A stretch of 58,898 nt of DNA, counting the filler, from Squatina squatina (taxonomy: Eukaryota): NCBI GenBank assembly GCA_031763465.1. It is 3 parts of 3 records of this genome, joined end to end, with 100 filler letters (N's around TTAATTAATTAA, not from the genome) between each part and the next. Parts side by side here need not be neighbours in the genome. Positions count along the whole stretch, not along the records: positions 30,129 to 58,898 come from JARFOE010000192.1; 2 more parts are not named here. One strand, 5' to 3'. Both the position numbers and the translations under genes were made by a program. Below are positions 40,631 to 52,115 of the stretch, in pieces; position 1 is the first letter of the stretch, and each line of letters starts with the position of its first letter. The notes under the pieces were generated by a model. It was not told where the DNA came from. It did not search any database and saw only the letters and a list, made by a program, of their open reading frames with translations.

Positions 40631-43600
40631 AGGAGATTAATTTCTAACCCTAAGTAATTCCACTTGCCTACCTGACAGTCAGTGTGATGAGAAAATACAA
40701 AATTAAACACAAGAATGATTCTTCAACGAAATGCGATAATGTACCTGTGTACAGGTCCTGGCAGGTATACACCCCCAATCACTTTAAGATGTTGAGATAT
40801 TATCTGTCAGTGATATAAAGCATTGGCTCCATAATGCTTGCAAACTTGCCTCCTGGGGCCTGTGAGAAGGATGATGTAATTCTGGTGACAGTCAGTCTTT
40901 AATTGCTGCAGTGAAAAGGCTTGTTATATTTCTCCAAGCTCAGCAGCTGTGAAGACAGCACAATAGACCTTCACAGAGGAATTCCCTTACACGAAACCTA
41001 ATAATTCCTATTTTGTAGCTCTTAAGTAAAAGTTCTCTCAGTGCAATGTGAACTGAATCGTAAATCAGATATAAACATAGAATCATCTTATTTCATGAAA
41101 CAGCACTTGGGCTACAATGCCTCTGTATAGCCATTGAATATTTTGCTGCATTTTCTGCACTTTTATTGTAAGAGGTTCTGTTTAGCGCCCTAAACATTAG
41201 ATTGTATCCCACAACAGGCATTGGTTTACTGATTGTACTTGGTTTCATTTCCACTGTGCATTGTACAATTTCTGCTGCCCATTTCCCAAGCTACCTCATT
41301 GAACTCTTGTCCCTAATTATGTTAATTTTTCCGTTGTTCAGAAATGAAATCCAGGTGGAGTAACACCATAATCATTAAAATACCTTCAGACCTTCCTGAG
41401 GTGAGAAGCTCTCATCTCTATTTAACTATTTAATATAAAATGTGAATGGATTCACCACATGAATATGTTCTTCAGCTGAATACCACTTCGCCCTTTGAGC
41501 ACTCTATATGCACTTGCACCACCTGGGAACTAAAACAGATTGCTGTCCTTATTTCATATTTGTTAGTTCAGAGAGAGGTCCCCTCAGACACAACTTCCCA
41601 CAAGTATTCACTACCTGGNNNNNNNNNNNNNNNNNNNNNNNNNNNNNNNNNNNNNNNNNNNNNNNNNNNNNNNNNNNNNNNNNNNNNNNNNNNNNNNNNN
41701 NNNNNNNNNNNNNNNNNNTTAAAAAAAAAACTTTAAAAAAAATATTATTTAAAAATAATGCAATTTTTAAATGTTTTTCTGAGTGAATGAGATGCCACAC
41801 TTGTAAAATTAGTTTTTCAGGGCCAGGGAAGTTCTTCAGCAGTAATTGTAATACGGTACACCATTAAAAACTCAGTTACTCCTGATTGAACAAGGCTTAA
41901 CATTATAATTGGTTTTTACAGCGAGAATAGTACGTAAAAAGTTGAAATTCATGTCAAATTAGTGATTATGTGTTGATTGCATCTGCAAAGACTGCGACAG
42001 CGCACCCTGTGGATGAGCAGGGTATCACAGCAACTTCCAGATTTCCTTGTTTGACTGCGCATGTGTGGACGCCAGAAGTTGCTGTCAATTTTACAACTGC
42101 AAATTCCAGGCCTATGTTTTTAGGTATTTCTCTCATGCCCATTTTCAAATGCAAGTCCTCACTCCCTGCAAACCACAGTGTTAGAGAATGGATGTTCTTA
42201 CTTATAAGTTCCTCCTCAAAATAATAGGGTTCACTCATTACAGGTAGACATTCACAAATTTATTAAGCATAAAATTGCCTTGGAGTGGGTGCAATAAAGG
42301 TTCACTAGATTGACTCCTGGGATGAGNNNNNNNNNNNNNNNNNNNNNNNNNNNNNNNNNNNNNNNNNNNNNNNNNNNNNNNNNNNNNNNNNNNNNNNNNN
42401 NNNNNNNNNNNNNNNNNNNNNNNNNNCTGTGCAGCTAAGGCCAGCGGGAACCCAGCAGGCAGGTCGCAGAAGGGGTCAAAAAGCTCAAGGAAAATCAGAG
42501 AGGGGTGGGAGAAACATTTCAAAGGCGCACAAGTAGTGCAAATGGTTTACAATCGATTTTCCGTGCAGAAGAAATCCTATGCTTTATCAGTATTGCTAAT
42601 ATTACAAAATTTCCAAGGAAATGAACTCCCATTGTTTCTTGGTAAGTCACTTATCGGTGTATTTTCCTCAGGCTGTTAATTTTAGCGAAAAAGTAGGCAA
42701 ATCTAAAGTGGCGTTTCTAGCTTTATATTCACATCTACTGTTTCACTAAAATTAGCAAGCAGAGGAAGCACATAGCCCTTAAATACAGCATTAATTAAAT
42801 ATGCTAGCACGGTGATAAAAATTTACAAAACTGTGAGAATGCATGTAAGCAGTGCAATGATTCAAATGTTGTGGGTCAGTAATTAAACTCCAGCGAGGCA
42901 ACCATAAATTATGTTGCAGATTGCATTCTTGTCACAAAACACTGCCCATATCAAGTCCTGAATGAATGCAATGAGTGTAAAAAGTCTACTAGACTGAGCC
43001 TCACTGGTGCCATGATGACATCACTGGCATATGCCACAGACATTCTGGGGACATTCCAGTCAGCAGGAGTCATAGCTCTTGTTGTATAAAACTCAATTAA
43101 TCTGAAGTGATTTCTTTACCACAATAATAATTAAGTCAATTTGGTTGACATGGATATATTGATTTACTGCTTGTGGTTTTAACAGACGCAAGGCGAACAA
43201 AGGCAGTAAATGAATCCAAGCAGTATATTCTAGTAATATGTAATCCTTCAGGGCAACTGGCAAAGAACATTAAGTATTAAGTATGTCAAAATTCAGGTGA
43301 AGAGGGTGAAGTACCATCTAAAAAAAGAAAGATTCTCAAGAATTGTTTGCACAAAGGCTCTTGTCTTTTGTTAAATCTGCTGTCCGACATGACAGCTCCA
43401 AAACTGCGCTCCCACTTGCAGGCTGCAGTAATAATAGGGAGCTGCAGTACTGTGATACAAGCGTCAGAGCACAGATCACCATTACAATCCTAACATTCTG
43501 ACAGTTAAGGTAAAGATGAAAACAAAACCAAAAAAAAAAACAATGGTAAAAATCTGAAATGAAAGAAAAGAAAATATTGGAATTTTTACAGCAGGCCTGA

Positions 43601-44397
43601 CAGTGTTTAAAAAGAGAAAAGAGAAGTTCATATTTGAGTGCAGACTTGTCATACCAACCAGTTCTNNNNNNNNNNNNNNNNNNNNNNNNNNNNNNNNNNN
43701 NNNNNNNNNNNNNNNNNNNNNNNNNNNNNNNNNNNNNNNNNNNNNNNNNNNNNNNNNNNNNNNNNAGTGAGGCTTTTAAAATATTATGGGGTAGCATTTC
43801 CCTGGGGTTTTCCTCAACTCCCATTGTAATTTATGGGGAAACCTCAGAAAAACAGTCTGAACAGCCACACAATTTCTTTGGGACTTCTACCCATCTTTGT
43901 CATAGTTACGGCTGGAGATCCAGAGAGCCCCCATGGAAATTGTATCTCATTGACTTAATTTCAGAAGTAAAACAGAAAATTTGGGAAATACAAATCTGGC
44001 CCATACTTTTTTTTCTTTTTAGAGGTTAACAGCTACCATTTCAAGCATTTGCATTTTTTCTTTTCATTTTACTATGACATTACTGTAATTTTGGAGTCAC
44101 ATCAGTTCGTCCCCATCCCTCCCCTGGAAAAACCCTTCGAGCAACTGTCTCTGTCATATGCTAATCTGACCGCAAAAGGCTGACTACCTTAGACATTATA
44201 TAGTTAGGGAAGCAATGTTCCGGTAATTAGTCATAATTGCAGTCATATGTATCACATAAACAATTATACAAGGACCCATAACCAATTACAGCAACATNNN
44301 NNNNNNNNNNNNNNNNNNNNNNNNNNNNNNNNNNNNNNNNNNNNNNNNNNNNNNNNNNNNNNNNNNNNNNNNNNNNNNNNNNNNNNNNNNNNNNNNN

Positions 44398-45117
44398 ACA
44401 GAAATATGCCACAACTGCAACCTCAGAGCAGGGCGAGGTCTGCTATATCAGTGGCTGTGAAGCTGATTGTGCGATAAACTTTTATGCAGCTGGCTCCTTC
44501 CAGGCTGGAGCTGGAAACATCTCACAGTTTGCCATCCACTGTTGCGTAAGGGAGCTCACTGAGGCTCTCTATTCAAAGAGAGCAGATGGAGCGAGCACAT
44601 GGCTTTGCTAGGATTTTAGGCTTCCCCATGATGCAGGGTGCTATTGACTGCACGCACATCGCTTTGCGGGTGCCGCATGTCAACTCTGCCATGTACTGCA
44701 ACCGAAAGGAATTCCACTCCCTCAACATCAAGCTGGTGAGCGACCAGAAGAAGCAAATCATTCAGGTCAATGACGGTATCCTGCCAGCAATCATGATGCC
44801 TTCATTCTGCACCAGTTCGCTGTGCTATCTGCATTTCAGCCATTATGCAAACCATGGCTACTGGGCTCAAGGGATATTCACTGATATCTTGTCTGATGAC
44901 TCCAGTGCACAAACCACGCACCCATGCACAGCATGCATACAATGAGAGCCATGTTACCACAAGGAATGTGATGGAGCAGACCATTGGCATGCTACAAAAA
45001 TGCTTCCATTACCTGGACCACTCTGGAGGAGTACTGCATTATTCAGCAGAGCGGGTGTCAAGATTTGGGGTAGTCTGTTGCATGCTGCACATCCTCACCA
45101 TGAGGGCACACCCCTGA
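44398..45117 (+). pseudogene. Harbinger (HARBI1-like) DDE transposase, frameshifted
   Basis: NFYAAGSFQ, GFPMMQGAIDCTHIAL, YCNRKEFHSLN, SNHDAFIL, KGY..LMTP, YNESHVTTRNVMEQTIGMLQKCF and VCCMLH are spread over different frames, with a stop at 44475-44477. Confidence 0.9.
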
Positions 45118-45502
45118 CCACCAGCTATATGGCAAGCAGCTGAGGAGCAGGAGGAGGAGGAGGAAGAGAAAGGCAAGAGGCAGCTCCTTTCTATCTCATC
45201 CGACAGTGATACCAGTAAACGCAATCCAAATTCCCCATTCACCAACAGTCCCACACTTTACTTTCCCTCTGTCACTGACCATCACAGCGTCCACTTGACC
45301 ACAATGTAAAAATAAAAACAAACACAAAATAAACATTCCAAACCAAATTTATAAAATAAATCATGCAATATTGCATAGAAATGTAAACTAATCGTACTTG
45401 TGCATCCCCTCAGTGCCTGTCTTCCCTATGCACTTGCTTGTACTCCTGCACAGTGCTATCCAGTTTGGCTGGTTGAAGGCTGCTGACTTTCAGTGGGCAA
45501 GA

Positions 45503-47268
45503 TCACAGATGGCCTTGCAGGACGACCTCAAGTAGCTTTGGGCCTAGACGGCCCAGCTGAAGCCTGTGCCATCTCGGCATGGGCGACAGCAGTCTGTCTG
45601 GCTGGCTGACAGGCAACAGCAAGGGCACTGGCGGAGTGGCAGTGATGAGAGGATGAATGTTGTCACCCTGAGAGAGGGCAGCAGGTTTGTGCTCCACGGA
45701 GCCGTTGTCATTCCAGAAGGACGGCTTCTCAGCAATCCTAATAATCTGTTGGAGGACAGATTGTTGGACTGCTGTGACAGCCTGCAAGCTTGAACATTGG
45801 TATCTGCAGCCATGATGGCAGCAGTCTGAGTTTGCATGAGTGCATTCTTAGATTGAAAGGCAGCAAGCTGACCTTGCATGACAGGAGTCTGAGCTTCCGC
45901 TGCAACATCAAGATGCTGCAATGGAAGCTGAGACATCAGCCATCAGAAGCTGCATCATGATTGGCTCCACAAGTGCTGAAGTAGAGTTGGCCACCACATT
46001 CATCCTGGAAAGGATTGGCTCCAAGCTCTGCACAAAGCCCTGTGCCAAGTTAGTGCTGGACTCATCCATGCTCCTTGACATTGAACGCAGGTTTTCGGCA
46101 GGCTTCCCAAAGCACAAAGCATTTTGTTGTGTATATTCATCAGCCTTCTTCTGTAGTCCGCCTGTCAAACTGCTCATCTGAGTCCTCTGCAGCAGAACTC
46201 ATGTGCGATATCGCACTCCGGCAAGCTGGCATCCGCGCTAACCTTGCCCCTTTTCCTGGCTGCAGACCACTCATGCCCGATGTCTCACCATGTGCAGATG
46301 CCAACTCTATGCTTTCCTATAAATTATGCAGTATCAGTATCTGAGCTGATGGCTGTGTGTATGAAATTAAGTGATGGGGGTGTTTCTTCGTCATCAGTGT
46401 CTTGATGCTCTTCAACCTGTTGCTCTTCCTCCACTGCCTGGCAAGGTTGTAATTCTTGGGTATCTGAAAGGAAAAAAGGCACAAGGGTAAGGTTGTGGTG
46501 AGAGAAGTGGGGGAATAGCAAGAGGTGCATGTTTACACCATCTGCAGCTTGTAAACCAGAAGACATTGTGGGATGAGCGGGAAGTGGGATGTGAGAAGGA
46601 GGATTAGGTATGAGGATACCGTAATTTTCTATGGTTTCAGCCCCACCACTGGCCACGGCCTCAGCAATGGCCGCTCCAGTGATGGTGAACACGGTCTCTT
46701 TCATGGGTGTAAGGATATGCAGGCAAACCTGTTCCTTGCTGGTTAACTCCTGCTGCCTCCGGTTGTGCACCACCTTGTCCTGCAAGAGAGAGAGAAGTGT
46801 GGCAGTGAGTGTGGTGCAATCTGTTTGGGTGATGTGGCTATCATGGTTGTATAGCTGCCAGTGTTGCGAGCTATGAGATATGGGTGTGAGGCTTGCAGCA
46901 TGCAAAGGGTGAGGGTGAGGTGCAGCTATGAATGTTAGGTATGAGTCCTGATTGATAGAGATTGTTGGTAGGTGAGTGATGGGGATGTGGTGCATTGAGC
47001 AGTTGGTGGGATATGGCATTTAAAGATGAATTCACTGACCTTGACCACTCTTGTGGATCACTATACTTTTTGCAGCACTGCATCCAGGTCCTCTTGGCTT
47101 GACTCCTGGCATTGACGGCCAGGGTTATCTGCTCCCACTGCCTTTGTCTGGAGTGCCTCCTGGCCCCCTGTGATACAGCACTTCTCTCCTTCTTTCCACC
47201 TCCTCCAAGAAGGCCTCCAATGCAGCATCTGAGAACCTTGAAGCATGCTCTCTCCATTGTTGTGCCAT
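45503..47268 (-). pseudogene. Harbinger Myb/SANT-like DNA-binding partner gene, three exons, frameshifted
   Basis: ATG at 47268: MAQQWREHASRFSDAALEAFLEEVERRREVLY, shifting to QWEQITLAVNARSQAKRTWMQCCKKY. Donor after 47040; exon 46779-46620 (DKVVHNRRQQE...); acceptor before 46463, then acidic and coiled-coil-like remnants. Confidence 0.8.
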
Positions 47269-48862
47269 TATTCTGTATTTTTCACGTCAGAGTGACTTCC
47301 ACCACCTTCTCCAGTCATAATTCACCTCCCCTTTAAGGAGTGCAGGCTAGCTTTAACAATCATTATTTGTAGTATTTTGTCAAACTGAAACACTAACTTG
47401 TCAATTTTCACACTGGATAATGTTTAATATAAAGACAGTAGTTAATTAGAGTCTATAAACTGACTCACAAACTTGACATTGAAAGGCTGTTGCTCATTTC
47501 CTAACAGCATTACCTACGCATCAATGTTTATGAAACAGTTAATCTCTTCCTGAATCCCACAGTAAATTAGTGCTCAAAAATATTCTCTGAATGTACTTGA
47601 GCAGACTAGAAGGAATGTGTTTCCTGTTTGACCTTGCAGGAATTTAACTAAAGAATTGGCGAAGGTTTCATAATGTCAGGAATTACATCTGTTCATCAGG
47701 ATACAAAAGGACAGGCACATATGTCACTGAGGAGTTTTGGTGTTGTATCTATGAGTCTTTGCCAGCGCTCTTAAATTTCACAGAATAATCAGGATGTGAA
47801 ATGCATACAAACTGGTGTTTCCATTCTTCTGAAGTCATTTCTGACGTAAAAAGGATGTGCTCCTTTCTACCCTGTATACAGNNNNNNNNNNNNNNNNNNN
47901 NNNNNNNNNNNNNNNNNNNNNNNNNNNNNNNNNNNNNNNNNNNNNNNNNNNNNNNNNNNNNNNNNNNNNNNNNNNNNNNNNGTGCAATTTTGCGGGAGCT
48001 GATAGTGCCCCCTGGAGGCGCTAATGGACGTGTCACAAGGGGGTAATTTTGACCGCTGAATTTTGACGGAAAATTTGCAGGAGAAAATTGCACAGGTTTG
48101 AGGTGCTGAGAAAGACTGAGTTAGAATAGGAAGCTGTGCACTTAGTCTTGATTTCAATGCAATGAGGATATAGGAAGGAGGAAGAACACTCAGGATGGCA
48201 GGAATGTCTAACGAAGCACTGATTATTGTACTGATTAAAGAGGGATATTTAAGCTTTAGCAGTTTTAGACCTTTTGCAATTGAAGTTTAACAAAGATTTG
48301 TCCACTGTTGCCAGGCAATGCTGCCATTTGAAGACAGTTGGAAAACCGCGATTGAGGTTTTCTTTGCATTAATTCTGTGCCTCAGCTCCCTGATGGGATA
48401 AACTGGTAAAGGGAGAATTTGATTTATCCAGCAGTCTGGAGAGGTGCTGCCCATTCATTTGTTTTGTCTTCAGACTTTGGTTTGGATCACAAGAATTCCA
48501 GTGGCCTAAATCCAAATTGAATTTATCATCTTAACATTCTCTTTCATGTTCATAGCCATGCACACTTTTCTTTCACTTTCAATCTAAGTGATGGAGTGAG
48601 AGAGGTGGGAGGCTAATGGTGAGAAGAGCTGTTGCTTGTCAGCTGACAGGCTTTTTGTTCAATCTTGTCAAAGAATGCAAGAAAAATGTTATGAAAGCGT
48701 CCCCAGATATGGGCCAGAATTTTCCCAGCCCTGCGAGTGTGGGCTCAGAGGCAGGCCGCTGGNNNNNNNNNNNNNNNNNNNNNNNNNNNNNNNNNNNNNN
48801 NNNNNNNNNNNNNNNNNNNNNNNNNNNNNNNNNNNNNNNNNNNNNNNNNNNNNNNNNNNNNN

Positions 48863-48985
48863 GGGAGGAAGTGGGAACAGGGTACTGAAGTAGATGATCA
48901 GCCATGATCATATTGAATGGCGGAGCAGGCCCAAAGGGCTGAATGGCCTACTCCTGCTCTTATTTTCTGTGTTTCTATGTTTCTA
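48863..48985 (+). mobile_element. CR1/HE1-type 3' end with TTTCTATG-like tail
   Basis: gatcagccatgatcatattgaatggcggagcaggc...gaatggcctactcctgctc...tttctatgtttcta. Confidence 0.8.
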
Positions 48986-51299
48986 AGCCTTGGAGAATGG
49001 TGTTAATATGGAGGCAATGGAGGGGGCATCACCGAGTCAGGGATGCTCATACATGTATTTCTTGAATAAGTTTTATTGAAAGCAGTTGTTGATTCTTTGC
49101 TGCCCCCTCTCTCAAATTGGAGGCAGGGAGTTATATTGAGCCATTTCTTCTCCCTCATGTGTAACCTCCTCATGATCTGGTAATGGAGAGCCTGCTCCTT
49201 CATCTTCGGCATCTGCTTCTGGTCTTTCTGAATTGCAATTTATGCAACGTGCGGTATGCAACAATAATTCCTTTGTATGTGCCTAGTATAGTGTAACTAC
49301 TTAAGTACAAGATTTTACTCATGAGAGTCAAGTGCCACATATTTTACATATTAGCCTCTCACTAAGTGCCACCTGTTGGTTAAATTCATTGTGTGTTGAC
49401 TGATCCTGGAATTCAAAATGACATTAGCAAATCATGTCGGGGCCCCAATTGGTCTGACTTCACGCCCGGGTAGCACCAATTAGCGGCGCTACCTGAGCGT
49501 GAAATCAGCGTAGATTCAAAAATTAACAAAATGAGGCCTGGCGCCCCGCTGCCGGGGGCATAGTTGGTGTCGGCGTCGAACTCGCAACGTCATAACATCG
49601 CACGCCGACCCCTCCGCGCCNNNNNNNNNNNNNNNNNNNNNNNNNNNNNNNNNNNNNNNNNNNNNNNNNNNNNNNNNNNNNNNNNNNNNNNNNNNNNNNN
49701 NNNNNNNNNNNNNNNNNNNNNNNNNNNNNNNNNNNNNNNNNNNNNNNNNNNNNNNNNNNNNNNNNNNNNNNNNNNNNNNNNNNNNNNNNNNNNNNNNNNN
49801 NNNNNNNNNNNNNNNNNNNNNNNNNNNNNNNNNNNNNNNNNNNNNNNNNNNNNNNNNNNNNNNNNNNNNNNNNNNNNNNNNNNNNNNNNNNNNNNNNNNN
49901 NNNNNNNNNNNNNNNNNNNNNNNNNNNNNNNNNNNNNNNNNNNNNNNNNNNNNNNNNNNNNNNNNNNNNNNNNNNNNNNNNNNNNNNNNNTAAGCAAATT
50001 CCTGGTCATTATAAACCCCGGCACAAGCATACCCTTTGTCTCCTGAGTTCACAAGTCCGCAGCTCGCTGGGCCAGCACACAAGGAACAAGTCTTCAGTGT
50101 AACAGAGAACTCGTTGCTTGCAGGAGTAATCAATCAAAAACCTGTTACAACCTTACCATTAAAGGGCAGGACAACAAATCAATCAGACAGACGGGGCTCT
50201 GTGTACATTCAGCAATTCCATTTTTTTTACCATACCACAACCTGAGGGCAGTTTGTGACACATATTACATATCATTTAATGGTAAAATGCTTCCACTGTG
50301 TGTTCCTATTTCCCTACAGANNNNNNNNNNGGCTGTCTAGAATATGCAAAGTTTACCGCTGTCTTTTAACCATATGGGGACCATTTGAAGAATAACAAGG
50401 TCCGAATTTCTCCATTTCATCACATTCGCAGATTAACTCTGAGAATTTTACCACAAAGAAAAGTTGTGTTTTACTTAAGTAGGAATGAGCATTCTGTCTT
50501 TCGGGTTTATGAGATTTGGGCATTTGAAACATCAGGGCCAATTTTAGTTCCCATTTTCGTGTGTGAATAGGATGAAAATTGAGACATAGCACTTTCTGCC
50601 CGAGGCAGGCACCTTGTTAGCCCATGCAAATCAGGGTCCTATGATGTCAGAGGAACCCAATGCAGTTTTCAGATACCAATAGGTAAAGGGTATTGATCTT
50701 CACTTATTGATAGTTGACATTGAGCAGCCTATCCACCAACCTTCGGTGGATCGGTGCAGGCCGCTCAGAAAAAGGTCAGTTCAAAGTTTAAAACTGATAT
50801 TTGTGCGACAGGAGGAGCATTAATGCAGAAAAATTGACCCCCCTTCCCCACCCCTGCAATTCCTGACCCTTTTCAGCCCACCCCCAAATTGCTTCGCCCC
50901 TTCACCTTTAATCTACTTGCACCAGCCTAGATAACAGGAGTAAACTTAGAGCACAATTTGGTAATTCTAATCATCTAATGCATGCACAAGAATGCATTTT
51001 GGTTCAATTTGCCATCTAATGGTTGAGATAAATTGCTTGAAGTTTAAAGATAGCAAGAAATGTAGCAATTCAAAATGTTAACAATTTTTAAGAATCTGGT
51101 AAGTGATGAGCTTGATTGTTATTATAGGCTAATAGTTCTCCTCACAGATGGGATGCTATTAATTACAATAGTATCTTAGTGCATGCAACTGAAGACAAAA
51201 GGGAAAATCTATCTATCTAGCTTGCAGGGGAGGAAAACTTCTCTGAGCCCTTATCGGGCCTAACCTGCCTTCGCCATGCCAAGGAATTGCTCCCGTCAC

Positions 51300-51760
51300 T
51301 GAATGCAAAAGCAAAGAGATGATGATGAATCTGTACAAGACATTGTTAGATCACAGTTAGAGTATCATGTGGAGGCTTGGGCACTCCGTCATAGAAAGGT
51401 TGTTGGAGCCATGGAAATGGTGTAGTGTCGATTCACTAGGAAGATGCAAGGGGTAGGATATAGTTCCAAATAATGAGCCAGTTGAAAAGCTAGGTTAAGG
51501 GCGATCTAATGGAAGTGTTCAAAATTATAAAGTAGTTTGAGAAGGCAAATTGCTAAAGATTATTTCCACTAATTGGCAAATCAGTAACAAGGGGGTATAA
51601 ATTTAGTATCACTACTGGCAGCATGCTGAGAAGATTAGAAGAATTCTTTTCACATGAATAATTATTAGAATAGGGAATACATTACTACAAGTACTTGTTG
51701 AAGCTAAGTCAATCACAATATTTGAGAGGAAATTAGTTAACTAAGAAAAGTACTGGAGTG
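51300..51760 (+). mobile_element. Decayed CR1 ORF2 C-terminal fragment
   Basis: Remnants of LYKTLVR..LEY and RLRGDLMEVFKII. Confidence 0.7.
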
Positions 51761-51940
51761 TAGGCGAAAGAAGAGAAATTGTAAACAGTGCAAATCTTTT
51801 TGATGTGGAGCTAGCACTGGCATGGGTAGGATCATCCTTCTTTGCTGACATTTCTATGATTCTATAATGAAAAATCTTGATGAAACCTCTGAAAATGGCT
51901 TTCCCTGCAAATTTTATTGGTAAGTACAACAGAGGGTAAA

Positions 51941-52115
51941 AAATAAAAACAGAAAATGCTGGAAATACTCAGCAGGTCAGGCAGCATCTGCAGCGAGAGA
52001 AACTGAGTTAACGGCTCAGATCCATGACGCTTCGTCAGAACAGTTCTGTCCTGCTGAGTATTTCCAGCATTTTCTGTTTTTATTTCAGACTCCAGCATCC
52101 GCAGTATTTTGCTTT
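51941..52115. mobile_element. Penelope-derived palindromic element with degenerate hammerhead core
   Basis: Perfect 36 bp inverted repeat 51941-51976 / 52050-52085; minus strand has CTGACGA...GAGCC-GTTAAC; flanking AGAGGGT direct repeats. Confidence 0.75.

Larger units (their letters stand above)
44398..47350. mobile_element. Decayed PIF/Harbinger DNA transposon with convergent transposase and Myb/SANT genes
   Basis: HARBI1-like DDE nuclease on +, spliced Myb/SANT-like gene on -, converging on an AT-rich spacer with AATAAA motifs near 45310-45360. TIRs not seen. Confidence 0.9.
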
